From Mycolicibacterium smegmatis (lineage in GTDB: Bacteria; Actinomycetota; Actinomycetes; Mycobacteriales; Mycobacteriaceae): DNA of 32,000 bases. Shown here piece after piece: positions 21,115 to 31,208 of this stretch (position 1 is its first letter; every line of letters starts with the position of its first letter). The position numbers and the translations under genes are program-made. Where the stretch lies: contig NZ_LN831039.1 of NCBI RefSeq assembly GCF_001457595.1, positions 4,710,001 through 4,742,000 on the forward strand, in the 5' to 3' direction. Under the pieces are notes generated by a model. It made no database searches. It saw nothing but the letters and a program-made list of their open reading frames with translations, and was not told the DNA's origin.

Positions 21115-21726
21115 TCACGGTAGATCGTCCGGGGTGTTCACGTTGGTGAGCGCCTTCTGCGGCTCCATCACGAGCCGCTGCGTGTCCACGCGGTCGGCGA
21201 GCGCACGCATGCTGCGCTCCCCCGCCCCGACCAGGTCGCCGATCGTCGTCGCCAGGTCGGTGCGGTAGATCCCCGCCAGATAGTGGTCGCGGCCGTCCCA
21301 CGGCAGCACGATGTCCACGCCCAGCCGCCGTGCGGGGTCGACGAGCGTGTCGATGAGCTCGGCGGACAGGTACGGCATGTCCACCGCACACACGAACGCC
21401 AGCTCGCAGCCCGCTTCCGCGGCCGCGCGCAACCCGCGGCCTGCGGCCACCAACGGCCCGACACAGCGCACCTCGTCACGCAGTACCTGCGCGGGCAGGT
21501 CAGGGAGCGGCTGGCCCGGGGCGGCGATCACGAACACCGGCGCGCAGCGCTGGGCGACCGCGGCCACCACACGCTCCACCAGCGTCGCGCCGTCGAACAC
21601 GAGGGTGGCCTTGTCCCGCCCCATACGACGCGAAGCCCCGCCCGCCAGCACTACGGCGGCGAGCGGGGCTGCGCTCAAATCGTCTCGGTCAGTACCTTCA
21701 GTCGACAGTCCAAGTGTCTTTACCAC
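21115..21726 (-). CDS. mobA: Molybdenum cofactor guanylyltransferase
   Basis: 203 aa; [44 protein letters not shown]. Overlaps the korB 3' end; the exact start is uncertain. Confidence 0.9.
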   Translation of the reverse strand: MVKTLGLSTEGTDRDDLSAAPLAAVVLAGGASRRMGRDKATLVFDGATLVERVVAAVAQRCAPVFVIAAPGQPLPDLPAQVLRDEVRCVGPLVAAGRGLRAAAEAGCELAFVCAVDMPYLSAELIDTLVDPARRLGVDIVLPWDGRDHYLAGIYRTDLATTIGDLVGAGERSMRALADRVDTQRLVMEPQKALTNVNTPDDLP

Positions 21727-22780
21727 GCAGCAAGGATTGCAGAGCGGCGGTGTCGTGGGGCCTGGATTCGATGGCAGTGGCCACCTGCTGACGCGCGGCG
21801 TCGTCGTAGGTGGGGCGGCTGACCTTGCGGAAGATGCCCATGACCATGTGGTCCAGGTTCTGCTCGGACAGGCGCGACAGCGCGAATGCGTATGCCGGAT
21901 CGTCGATCTGGGCGTCGTGCACCACGATGTCGTCGGCCGAGACCTCGGCGGTCTTGGCGATCTCCAGGCCGTAGCCGGACTTGACCACCGCGTACTCGCC
22001 GTCGGCGCCGAACGTGATCGGCTCGCCGTGGGTGAGGTTGATCAGGCGCTCCTCGGCGCCTTCCTTGCGCAGCGCATCGAACGAGCCGTCGTTGAAGATG
22101 GGGCAATCCTGCATGATCTCCACGAGTGCCGCGCCGCGGTGCTCGGCCGCGCCGCGCAGCACCTCGGACAGGCCCTTGCGGTCGGAGTCCAGCGCGCGGC
22201 CCACGAACGTGGCCTCGGCGCCCAGTGCCAGCGACACCGGGTTGAACGGGTAGTCCAGCGAGCCCATCGGCGTCGACTTGGTGATCTTGCCGACCTCGGA
22301 GGTCGGTGAGTACTGACCCTTGGTCAGGCCGTAGATCCGGTTGTTGAACAGCAGGATCGTGATGTTGATGTTGCGGCGCAGCGCGTGGATCAGGTGGTTG
22401 CCGCCGATCGACAGCGAGTCGCCGTCACCGGTGACGACCCAGACCGACAGGTCGGGACGCGCGAGCGCCAGACCGGTCGCGATGGTCGGCGCGCGGCCGT
22501 GGATCGAGTGGAACCCGTAGGTCTCCAGGTAGTACGGGAACCGGCTGGAGCAGCCGATGCCGCTGACGAACGCGATGTTCTCGCGGCGCAGACCCAGCTC
22601 CGGCAGGAAGTTGCGGATCGTGTTGAGGATGACGTAGTCACCGCAACCCGGGCACCACCGGACCTCCTGGTCGCTGGTGAAGTCCTTGGCCTTCTGCGGC
22701 TGGTCGGTGGTGGGCACCAGGCTCATCTTGGTGAGGCCGGCGTCCGTCAGTCCGAGGTCCGCGCCAGCTAGGTCGGTCAT
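21698..22780 (-). CDS. korB: 2-oxoacid:ferredoxin oxidoreductase subunit beta (KorB-like)
   Basis: 360 aa; [31 protein letters not shown]-type [40 protein letters not shown] (TPP binding). Confidence 0.95.
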   Translation of the reverse strand: MTDLAGADLGLTDAGLTKMSLVPTTDQPQKAKDFTSDQEVRWCPGCGDYVILNTIRNFLPELGLRRENIAFVSGIGCSSRFPYYLETYGFHSIHGRAPTIATGLALARPDLSVWVVTGDGDSLSIGGNHLIHALRRNINITILLFNNRIYGLTKGQYSPTSEVGKITKSTPMGSLDYPFNPVSLALGAEATFVGRALDSDRKGLSEVLRGAAEHRGAALVEIMQDCPIFNDGSFDALRKEGAEERLINLTHGEPITFGADGEYAVVKSGYGLEIAKTAEVSADDIVVHDAQIDDPAYAFALSRLSEQNLDHMVMGIFRKVSRPTYDDAARQQVATAIESRPHDTAALQSLLRGKDTWTVD

Positions 22781-24732
22781 GCGTTCGCTCCCACAGCAGA
22801 CTCTTCATTTGCCTCGCCCTCGACGGTGGCTGCCGCCAGCCGTGCGAACTTGGCCTTGTCGTTTTCCTTCTCGGCCAGGGTTCCGTCGAGCGCCGCATCG
22901 ATGATGCCCTCGATCTCGTCGGCCAAGAAAGCCATGCCCTCCACCTTGGTGACCGACTGCACGTCGACCAGGAACCTGCCGCGCAGCAGCAGCGCGAGCT
23001 GGCCGAGGTTCATCTCGGGCACGACCACCTTGGGGTAGCGCGCCAGCACCTCGCCGAGGTTGGCCGGGAAAGGATTGAGGTGGCGCAGGTGCGCCTGGGC
23101 CACCTTGATGCCCTTGCGGCGTGCGCGACGGCAGGCCTCGCCGATCGGGCCGTAGCTGCTACCCCACCCGAGCATGAGCAGTTCGGCGTCGCCGGTCGGA
23201 TCGTCGACCTCGAGATCGGGCACCGTGACGCCGGCGATCTTCTCCTGGCGCAGCCGGACCATGAGGTCGTGGTTCTTGGGCTCGTACGAGATGTTGCCCG
23301 AACCGTTGGCCGATTCGAGGCCGCCGATGCGGTGCTCGAGGCCCGGCGTGCCGGGGATCGCGAACTGGCGGGCCAGGGTCTCGGGATCGCGCGCATACGG
23401 CTGGAACGGCTCGCCCGCCTTGGCGAACGTGTGCTCGATGCGCGGATAGGTCGTGATGTCGGGGATCCGCCACGGCTCGGAGCCGTTGGCCACCGCGCCG
23501 TCGGACAGGATGATGACCGGCGTGTGGTAGTTGATGGCGATCCGCGCGGCCTCCACCGCGATGTCGAAGCAGTCCGACGGCGACCGCGGGGCCACAACCG
23601 CGACCGGCGACTCGCCGTTGCGCCCGAACAGCGCCTGCAGCAGGTCGGCCTGCTCGGTCTTGGTGGGCAGACCCGTCGACGGGCCGCCGCGCTGGACGTC
23701 GATCACGATCAGCGGCAGCTCGGTCATCACCGCGAGGCCGATGGCCTCCGACTTGAGCGAGACGCCGGGGCCCGACGTGCTGGTGACGCCGAGGGCGCCG
23801 CCGTACGACGCGCCGATCGCGGCGCCGATACCGGCGATCTCGTCCTCGGCCTGGAAGGTCAGCACGTTGAAGTTCTTGTGCTTGGACAGCTCGTGGAGGA
23901 TGTCCGAGGCCGGGGTGATCGGGTAGGTGCCCAGCACCACCTGCAGGTCGGAGAGATGCCCGGCCGCGACGATGCCGTAGGCAAGCGCGGTGTTGCCCGA
24001 GATCTGGCGGTACTCACCGGCGGGGAGTTTGGCCGGCGACACCTCGTAGGTGGTCGCGAACGCCTCGGTGGTCTCGCCGTAGTTCCAGCCGGCCTTCAGC
24101 GCCAGCACGTTGGCCTCGGCGATCTCGGGCTTGCGGGCGAACTTCTCACGGATGAAGGCCTCGCTGGCCTCGAGCTCGCGACCGTACATCCACGACAGCA
24201 GCCCGAGCGCGAACATGTTCTTGGCGCGTTGGCCGTCCTTCTTGCTGGCGCCGATCGATTCGACCGCGCCGAGCGTCAGGGTGGTCATCGCGACGGAGTG
24301 CACGACGTAGTCGGACAGCTCGTCGGTCTCCAGCGGGTTGGCGTCGTAGCCGACCTTGGCGAGGTTGCGCTTGGTGAACTCGTCGGAGTTGGCGATGATC
24401 AGGCCACCGCGCGGCAGATCCGACACATTGGCCTTGAGCGCGGCGGGGTTCATCGCGACGAGCACGTCGGGCCGGTCGCCTGCCGTGAGGATGTCGTAGT
24501 CGGCGATCTGGATCTGGAACGACGAGACACCGGGCAGCGTGCCCTGAGGTGCTCGGATCTCGGCCGGATAGTTCGGCTGGGTCGCCAGGTCGTTGCCGAA
24601 CAGCGCGGCCTCGGAGGTGAACCGGTCACCGGTCAGCTGCATGCCGTCGCCGGAGTCCCCGGCGAAGCGGATGACCACCTTCTCGAGCTTCTGCCGCGGC
24701 GCGGCGCCTGTGCCGTTGCCGTTGTCACCCAC
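22777..24732 (-). CDS. korA: 2-oxoacid:ferredoxin oxidoreductase subunit alpha (KorA-like)
   Basis: 651 aa; RFAGDSGDGMQLTGDRF, YPITPASDILHELSK, LLMLGWGSSYGPIGEA. ATGA overlap with korB. Confidence 0.95.
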   Translation of the reverse strand: MGDNGNGTGAAPRQKLEKVVIRFAGDSGDGMQLTGDRFTSEAALFGNDLATQPNYPAEIRAPQGTLPGVSSFQIQIADYDILTAGDRPDVLVAMNPAALKANVSDLPRGGLIIANSDEFTKRNLAKVGYDANPLETDELSDYVVHSVAMTTLTLGAVESIGASKKDGQRAKNMFALGLLSWMYGRELEASEAFIREKFARKPEIAEANVLALKAGWNYGETTEAFATTYEVSPAKLPAGEYRQISGNTALAYGIVAAGHLSDLQVVLGTYPITPASDILHELSKHKNFNVLTFQAEDEIAGIGAAIGASYGGALGVTSTSGPGVSLKSEAIGLAVMTELPLIVIDVQRGGPSTGLPTKTEQADLLQALFGRNGESPVAVVAPRSPSDCFDIAVEAARIAINYHTPVIILSDGAVANGSEPWRIPDITTYPRIEHTFAKAGEPFQPYARDPETLARQFAIPGTPGLEHRIGGLESANGSGNISYEPKNHDLMVRLRQEKIAGVTVPDLEVDDPTGDAELLMLGWGSSYGPIGEACRRARRKGIKVAQAHLRHLNPFPANLGEVLARYPKVVVPEMNLGQLALLLRGRFLVDVQSVTKVEGMAFLADEIEGIIDAALDGTLAEKENDKAKFARLAAATVEGEANEESAVGANA

Positions 24733-25092
24733 GGCTCCCGCCTTTCACGCGTTCTTCGGTCGATCGCCCGCGTCACCTGGCACATTGCCGTGTGCGGCCG
24801 TGTGCGATTTCTCCCCAGGATCGGACCCACCGAATTTTGATGTCACTACCAGTACCGATTATTGCATTGCTCTTAGGCTCGACCTCACCGCTCGCCCCCG
24901 CGACACGCGGGCGCAACATACCGGTATCCCCAGTTCACTGACGTGTTGGAGCCGGGTTCGAGACAAAACTGTGGTTTTCGTCACGGTGCGAGAATGCCAT
25001 TCTCTAAGAAATCGGGCTACCCATCGGTAGTCACGCGCACACTCGGTGAGCCGTACTTGACACGTGTCGAGTTTATCAGGGGTTATGTGCTG

Positions 25093-25941
25093 TCAGACGC
25101 GGTCGGCGGGTTCGACGTGGACCCGCTTGTCGAGTTCGCGCGCCACGAGGCCGCTGGCCAGCTCGGCGGCCCGTCGCGGATCCGCGCCCGCGGCACGGTG
25201 TGCGACGTAACAGGCCGTGAACATGTCCCCGGCTCCGGTGGTCTGGACGCCCAGCACGCGCCATGCGGCGGGCACCCGCACGCGGTCGCCGTCGACGAAG
25301 ATGTCGCAGCCCTCCGACCCGTAGGTCACCAGGATCTCCGGCACGCCGAGGCGCTGGGCCGTGGCGGCGGTGAACGGACCGTCGGCGACGATGACGGCCT
25401 CGTCCTCGGCGAGTTTGAGGATGTCGAGGTGCGTCAGCAGGTCGGCCGGGAAGTGGCGGTCCTCGACGAGCGGCCCCAGGCTGTCCGCCCGCACCAGCCC
25501 CTGACCGTCATAGGCGATGCGGTGGCCGCGCTCCACGAGCGCCGCGAGCGTCTCGGCCGGGAAATCGGTGCGCAGCAGCGGCGCGAGATGCACCCACGTC
25601 GTCGCCGGATCGGCGGCCTCGACGTCAGCGGGTGACCACACCGGGCCGATCGCCTCCACACCCATGTGCCGGTGGTCGGTGTCGTCGTAGTCGAGCCGGA
25701 ACGAGCTGGTGACCGCCGACGGCAGAATCTGCACGAGCGGCCCGAACCGCTCCTGCAGGCCGTCGAACAGCGAGTGGTCGCGTTCGGCGCCCATCGCCAC
25801 GATGCGGCCGACACCGCCCGCGGCCTGCAGCGCGACACCCGCGAACGACGCGCAGCCGCCCGGGCTGGGTGGTGCTCCATTGATGATGTCGATGGCCAGA
25901 TTGCCCAGCACCGTCACGCCAGGGACTAACTCTCGTGGCAT
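25093..25941 (-). CDS. PfkB-family carbohydrate kinase
   Basis: 282 aa from ATG 25941: MPRELVPGVTVLGNLAIDIINGAPPSPGG..., anion-hole motif VQTTGAGDMFTACYVAHRAAG. Confidence 0.88.
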   Translation of the reverse strand: MPRELVPGVTVLGNLAIDIINGAPPSPGGCASFAGVALQAAGGVGRIVAMGAERDHSLFDGLQERFGPLVQILPSAVTSSFRLDYDDTDHRHMGVEAIGPVWSPADVEAADPATTWVHLAPLLRTDFPAETLAALVERGHRIAYDGQGLVRADSLGPLVEDRHFPADLLTHLDILKLAEDEAVIVADGPFTAATAQRLGVPEILVTYGSEGCDIFVDGDRVRVPAAWRVLGVQTTGAGDMFTACYVAHRAAGADPRRAAELASGLVARELDKRVHVEPADRV

Positions 25942-26063
25942 GAACTGGGTCCCTCGGTCGCAATCGATGTCAATACATTCTGACGCCGGCGGATCGTCAC
26001 ATGCGTCGGCCGAAATGGTAGCCGCACATCCTGAACGCCGATCCGGGTGCTCACCCGGACGGC

Positions 26064-27068
26064 TCACATCGGCAGGTTGTAGGGGGTCACCACCTGGATC
26101 GGCGCAGGGCGCACGGGCTCGGCGGGCAACGCCCCGTGCTGCTGCAGGATCAGCCGCATCGCCAGGCGCGCGTCCGCGCGCAGATCGTTGTGCAGCACGG
26201 CCGAGATCCGGCCGTCGCGCAGCAGACGGCGGTTGTCGACGTCGAGGTCGTGGGCGATGAAGACCTTGCAATGCCGGCCCAGCCGGTCGAAGGCCGCGAC
26301 GGTCGCGGTGTTGCCGCCTCCGGGCGAGTAGACGGCGCCCACCGAGGGGTTGCGCTCAAGGGCCTGCAGCACGAGGCGTTCGTTGGTGGCGTCGATGCCG
26401 TCGCTGTCGGTGACCTCGACCACCGTGCGGCCGGAGGCACGCAGACCCGACCGGAAACCCACCTCGCGCTCCCCCTCGCCACGGAACACCGTGCGGCTCA
26501 GGGTGATCAGCACATCGGCCGGATCGGCGCCCAGCCACTGCTCGATCAGGTAGGCGGCGGTGGCGCCCGCGCCGTGGTTGTCGATCCCCACGTATGCGCA
26601 GCGCGCGCTCGTGGGCACGTCGGTGGTGTAGGTCACCACGGGAACCCCCGCGGCCACCAATCGGTCGACGGCCTCCACGACCTCGGGTTCGTCCGCGGCC
26701 TTGAGCACCACACCGTGGCTGGACTTGATGCGCGCCAGGGTGTCGACCATCTGCGCGGTCGAACCCGACTCCCACAGATGGAACCGGGCCCTCAGCAGCG
26801 CGGGCGCGAACGCGGGCAGCTCGGCCTCGACCGCCGTGCGGAACGCGTCGGAGAACCGCCTCGGGGTCTGCATCACCACGTCGATCAGGAAGCGCCTGCC
26901 GTTGAGACGCAGCTGTGCGCGCTGTTTGTCCAGGTCGGCGATCGCCTGCCGGACCTCGGCGCGCGTGTTCTCCCGCACCCCGGGCCGGTTGTTCAGCACA
27001 CGGTCGACGGTCGCCTCGCTCAGGCCGCACTGCTGCGCGATCTCGCGGACCTTGTACCGGTGCGCCAT
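26064..27068 (-). CDS. LacI-family transcriptional regulator
   Basis: N-terminal HTH MAHRYKVREIAQQCGLSEATVDRVLNNRPGVRENTRAEVRQAIADL from ATG 27068, followed by a periplasmic-binding-protein-like effector domain. Confidence 0.93.
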   Translation of the reverse strand: MAHRYKVREIAQQCGLSEATVDRVLNNRPGVRENTRAEVRQAIADLDKQRAQLRLNGRRFLIDVVMQTPRRFSDAFRTAVEAELPAFAPALLRARFHLWESGSTAQMVDTLARIKSSHGVVLKAADEPEVVEAVDRLVAAGVPVVTYTTDVPTSARCAYVGIDNHGAGATAAYLIEQWLGADPADVLITLSRTVFRGEGEREVGFRSGLRASGRTVVEVTDSDGIDATNERLVLQALERNPSVGAVYSPGGGNTATVAAFDRLGRHCKVFIAHDLDVDNRRLLRDGRISAVLHNDLRADARLAMRLILQQHGALPAEPVRPAPIQVVTPYNLPM

Positions 27069-27152
27069 GCGGTGCCTCCACCCCGATCTTGAGGGATTTT
27101 TGATGGATATTTGCCGTTGATTGTGGCACATCGCACAGCAAGACTGTCAGCC

Positions 27153-28349
27153 ATGACCTCATCGCTGGGCTCACCGGTGCGCTCGACGGGAAGCACCCGC
27201 CGCGGCGCGTTCATCGACGAATCCGATTGCTCTCTCGACGATTTCCGGGCGGCCGTCGCTCGCACCACCGATGCGGCCGACTACCCCCACGCCACCGAGA
27301 TCCGCAGCAACGTGCCGGTCTACACCGCCGCGGCGCTCGACGGCACCGACGACGGCAGGCGCCGCGCCGTGCAGACCGAACTGATCGCCGCACTGTCCGA
27401 CGGCCCCGGCGTGGTGCTGTTCGAGAACGCCTTCGATCCCGCCGTGGTCGATTCCGCCGGCGAGGCGTTCACGGCGCTGATCGAACAGCAGCGCGCGGCA
27501 GGCGGTGCCGCGGGTGATCACTTCGGCGCGGCCGGCGCCAACGACCGCGTGTGGAATGCCGCGCAGAAGCTCGCACTGCACAGCCCGCGTGTCTACGCCG
27601 AGTACTACGCCAACGACATCCTGGCGCTGGTGTCCCAGGCCTGGCTCGGTCCGCGCTACCAGGTGACCTCTCAGGTCAACGTCGTCAATCCCGGTGGCGC
27701 CGCACAGGTTCCGCACCGCGACTACCACCTGGGGTTCGTGACGCCCGGCGCGCTCGCGGCGTACCCGGCCCATATCCACCGGTTGTCACCCGCGCTCACA
27801 CTGCAGGGCGCGGTGGCGCACTGCGACATGCCGGTCGAGAGCGGCCCGACCATGCTGCTGCCGTACTCGCAGACGTTCGAGGCGGGCTACATCGCGTTCT
27901 ACCGCCCGGAGTTCATCGAGTTCTTCGCCGAACACCACGTCCAGTTGCCGCTGCGCACCGGGGACGCCGTGTTCTTCAACCCGGCCCTGTTCCACGGTGC
28001 CGGGGCCAACACCTCGACCGGCATCCGGCGCATGGCGAACCTGCTGCAGATCTCGTCGCCGTTCGGTCGGGCCATGGAGGCGCTGGACCGCACGGCGATG
28101 ATCCGCGCGGTCTACCCCGAATTGCTCGCCATGAAGGCCGCGGGCCGCCCCGAGCACGAACTGGCGAACGTCATCAACGCGACCGCAGAGGGCTACGCGT
28201 TCCCCACCAACCTCGATCTCGACCAGCCCATCGGGTCGCTCGCGCCGCCCAGTCAGGTCGACACCGTGCTCGAAGCACTCGCCACCCGCCGCACCCCGGC
28301 GGAACTCGACACCCTTCTCTCACAACAGGATGAACGGAGAATCCCATGA
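27153..28349 (+). CDS. Phytanoyl-CoA dioxygenase (PhyH) family Fe(II)/2-oxoglutarate-type dioxygenase
   Basis: 398 aa from ATG 27153; GGAAQVPHRDYHLGF (HxD), LRTGDAVFFNPALFHGAGANTSTGIRRMANLLQIS (distal His and Arg). Confidence 0.82.
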   Translation: MTSSLGSPVRSTGSTRRGAFIDESDCSLDDFRAAVARTTDAADYPHATEIRSNVPVYTAAALDGTDDGRRRAVQTELIAALSDGPGVVLFENAFDPAVVDSAGEAFTALIEQQRAAGGAAGDHFGAAGANDRVWNAAQKLALHSPRVYAEYYANDILALVSQAWLGPRYQVTSQVNVVNPGGAAQVPHRDYHLGFVTPGALAAYPAHIHRLSPALTLQGAVAHCDMPVESGPTMLLPYSQTFEAGYIAFYRPEFIEFFAEHHVQLPLRTGDAVFFNPALFHGAGANTSTGIRRMANLLQISSPFGRAMEALDRTAMIRAVYPELLAMKAAGRPEHELANVINATAEGYAFPTNLDLDQPIGSLAPPSQVDTVLEALATRRTPAELDTLLSQQDERRIP

Positions 28350-29353
28350 CCACGCTCGGCGTAATCGGGTTGGGCCGCATAGGCGCCTTCCACGTCGACA
28401 CCCTCAGCAGCCTCGACGGCGTCGACGGCCTCGTGGTGGCCGACGAGCGGCCTGACGCGGTTGCCGCGGTCGCCGCCAAACACGGTGCGAAGCCCGCTGA
28501 TTCGGTCGAGGAACTGCTCGATTCCGGTGTCGACGGCGTCGTCGTCGCGGCCGCGACCCCCGCCCACGCGGAACTGACACTGGCCGCCGTGCACCGGGGC
28601 CTGCCGACGTTCTGCGAGAAGCCGATCGCCGCGACCGCCGCCGAGAGCGCGCGCGTGGCCGAGGCGATCGCGCGCTCGGGGGTGCCCGTCCAGGTCGGCT
28701 ATCAGCGCCGGTTCGACGCCGCGTTCGCCGCGGCCAAGCGCGAGGTCGACTCCGGATCGCTGGGGGCGCTGCACACCGTGCGCAGCACCACCATGGATCC
28801 CGCTCCCCCGTCGATGGACTACATCAAAGGCTCGGGCGGCATCTTCCGCGATTGCGCCGTGCACGATTTCGACGCGCTGCGCTGGATCACCGGGCAGAAC
28901 GCGGTCGAGGTGTACGCCACCGGCACCGTGCAGGGCGACCCCCGCTTCACCGAGTACGGCGACGTCGACACGGCTGCGGTGGTGGTGCGGTTCGACGGCG
29001 GCGCGCTCGGCATCGTCTCGGCGGCCCGCTACAACGCGCGCGGGTACGACTGCCGTCTGGAGGTGCACGGGTTCGACAACTCGATCGTCGCCGGCTGGGA
29101 TCAGGGCACGCCGCTGCAGAACATGGACCCGCGCAACGACTTTCCCACCGGGCCCTACCACCACTTCTTCATGGACCGGTTCACCGAGGCGTTCCGCAGC
29201 GAGCTGGCCGGGTTCGTCGAGGTGGTCAAGGGCAACCCGATCCCCGGAGCCACCGTGGCCGATGCGGTCGAGGTGGCCTGGATGGCCGAGGCGGCCACCG
29301 AATCACTGCGCCGAGGCGCACCCGTGCGGATCGAGGAGGTCCGGAACTCATGA
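28346..29353 (+). CDS. Gfo/Idh/MocA family oxidoreductase (inositol 2-dehydrogenase-like)
   Basis: 335 aa; TTLGVIGLGRIGAFHVDTL, PTFCEKPIAA, VQVGYQRRFDAAFAAAK, GGIFRDCAVHDFDALRW. Confidence 0.92.
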   Translation: MTTLGVIGLGRIGAFHVDTLSSLDGVDGLVVADERPDAVAAVAAKHGAKPADSVEELLDSGVDGVVVAAATPAHAELTLAAVHRGLPTFCEKPIAATAAESARVAEAIARSGVPVQVGYQRRFDAAFAAAKREVDSGSLGALHTVRSTTMDPAPPSMDYIKGSGGIFRDCAVHDFDALRWITGQNAVEVYATGTVQGDPRFTEYGDVDTAAVVVRFDGGALGIVSAARYNARGYDCRLEVHGFDNSIVAGWDQGTPLQNMDPRNDFPTGPYHHFFMDRFTEAFRSELAGFVEVVKGNPIPGATVADAVEVAWMAEAATESLRRGAPVRIEEVRNS

Positions 29354-30219
29354 CCGATCTGAAGATCGCCGGCGCACCGATCTCGTGGGGCGTGTGCGAG
29401 GTCCCCGGTTGGGGTCACCAACTGGACCGCGCGCGTGTGCTGTCCGAGATGCGCACCGCGGGCCTGACCGCGACCGAACTGGGGCCCGACGGCTTCCTGC
29501 CATCCGACACCGGTGAGCTGACGGCCCTGCTGGGCGCACACGACCTGTCGTGCGTCGGCGGGTTCGTGCCCGTGGTCCTGCACGACGCCGGGCACGACCC
29601 GGCCGACGACCTGGCCGGACCGCTGGCGTCGTTACGCGCCGCGAACGCCGGTGTGGTGGTGCTGGCCGCGGCCACCGGCGCCGACGGCTACGACTCCCGA
29701 CCGACGCTGAGCGAAAGGCAGTGGGCCACGCTGCTGTCCAATCTGGACCGCCTGGCGCGGATCGCCGACGAGGCCGGACTGCTGGCCGTGCTGCACCCGC
29801 ATGTGGGCACCATGGTGGAGACCCGTGAGGATGTGGACCGAGTGCTCAACGGATCGCAGATCCCGCTGTGCCTGGACACCGGGCACCTGCTGATCGGCGG
29901 CACCGACCCGCTCGAACTCGCCAAGGCGGTACCGCACCGCATCAAGCACGCCCACCTCAAGGATGTGAACGCCGCGCTCGCGGCGCGCGTGCGCGCCGGC
30001 GAGGTGAGCTACACCGACGCGGTGCGGGCCGGGATCTACACGCCGCTGGGCACCGGGGACATCGACATCTCCGGCATCGTCTCGGTGCTGCGCGACAACG
30101 GTTTCGACGGCTGGTTCGTGATGGAGCAGGACACGATCCTCGATACCGAACCCACCGACGAGGGTCCGCTGCGCGACGTCCGCACGAGCGTCGCCTACCT
30201 CGGTACGCTGACGGCATGA
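29350..30219 (+). CDS. Sugar phosphate isomerase/epimerase TIM barrel, IolE (myo-inosose-2 dehydratase)-like
   Basis: 289 aa; MTDLKIAGAPISWGVCEVPGWGHQL, GFLPSD, VLHPHVGTMVETREDVDRVL, LCLDTGHLLIGGTDPLELAK, HAHLKDVN. Confidence 0.9.
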   Translation: MTDLKIAGAPISWGVCEVPGWGHQLDRARVLSEMRTAGLTATELGPDGFLPSDTGELTALLGAHDLSCVGGFVPVVLHDAGHDPADDLAGPLASLRAANAGVVVLAAATGADGYDSRPTLSERQWATLLSNLDRLARIADEAGLLAVLHPHVGTMVETREDVDRVLNGSQIPLCLDTGHLLIGGTDPLELAKAVPHRIKHAHLKDVNAALAARVRAGEVSYTDAVRAGIYTPLGTGDIDISGIVSVLRDNGFDGWFVMEQDTILDTEPTDEGPLRDVRTSVAYLGTLTA

Positions 30220-31208
30220 CCGGACTTCGCATCGGGATCCTCGGCGCGTCCCGCATCGCCGAGAAGGCCATCGTGGGACCGGCCGAGGATCTCGGACACC
30301 GACTGGTGGCCGTCGCCGCGCGGGACCGGCGCCGCGCCGAGGCGTTCGCCGAGAAGTACGGGGTCCAACGCGTACTGGACTCCTACCGCGATGTGGTCGA
30401 GGACCCTGACGTCGACATGGTCTACAACCCGCTGGCCAACGGACTGCATGCGCCGTGGAACCTCGCGGCGATCGCGGCAGGAAAGCCGGTGCTGAGCGAG
30501 AAACCGTTCGCGCGCAACGAGTCCGAGGCCGCCACGGTCGCACGGGCGGCCCGCGACGCCGGGGTGCCGGTGCTGGAAGGCTTCCACTACCACTTCCACC
30601 CGGTGACGCAGCGCGCGTTCGCCGTTGCCGCAGGCGGCGAGCTGGGCGAGATCACGCGCGTCGAGGTGCGGATGGCGATGCCCTCCCCCGCCGACGACGA
30701 CCCGCGGTGGTCGCTGGACCTCGCAGGCGGTGCGGTCATGGATCTTGGCTGCTACGGCATTCACGTCATGCGTGCGCTGGGCGCCATGCGCGTCGACGGT
30801 CTCGGCGGCGAGCCCAAGGTACTGGGCGCGCGGGCCGAGGAACGCACGCCGGGTGTGGACGCCTGGTGCGAGGTCGACTTCGTCTTCCCCGAGGGCGGCA
30901 CCGGTGTCAGCACCAATTCGATGGTGGCCGACGACTACTCGTTCACCATCACGATCACCGGTAGCGACGGCGAGGCCGTGGTGCACGACTTCATCCGGCC
31001 GAATCTCGACGATCGCCTCACGGTGATGACCGGATCCGGTGTCCGCGTCGAGCATTTGGGCACGCGGCCGTCGTACACCTACCAACTGGAGGCGTTCGCC
31101 GCGCACGTGCGCGACGGCGCACCGCTGCCGTTCGGTGTCGACGACGCCGTGACCAACATGGCGTTCGTCGACAAGGCGTACCGGGCGGCGGGGTTGGCGC
31201 CGCGATGA
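30216..31208 (+). CDS. Gfo/Idh/MocA family oxidoreductase (second paralog)
   Basis: 330 aa; MTGLRIGILGASRIAEKAIVGPAEDLGHRLVAVAARD, VLSEKPFARNESEA, GGAVMDLGCYGIHVMRAL. Confidence 0.92.
   Translation: MTGLRIGILGASRIAEKAIVGPAEDLGHRLVAVAARDRRRAEAFAEKYGVQRVLDSYRDVVEDPDVDMVYNPLANGLHAPWNLAAIAAGKPVLSEKPFARNESEAATVARAARDAGVPVLEGFHYHFHPVTQRAFAVAAGGELGEITRVEVRMAMPSPADDDPRWSLDLAGGAVMDLGCYGIHVMRALGAMRVDGLGGEPKVLGARAEERTPGVDAWCEVDFVFPEGGTGVSTNSMVADDYSFTITITGSDGEAVVHDFIRPNLDDRLTVMTGSGVRVEHLGTRPSYTYQLEAFAAHVRDGAPLPFGVDDAVTNMAFVDKAYRAAGLAPR

Noticed and set aside
23080-24840. 586-aa plus-strand ORF opposite korA
   Set aside because: Antisense to a certain KorA; no domain pattern.
26042-26059. TCCGGGT-GCTC-ACCCGGA hairpin as LacI-gene terminator
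   Set aside because: Good 7-bp stem just after the stop at 26064, but no T run on the minus strand; not called as an intrinsic terminator.
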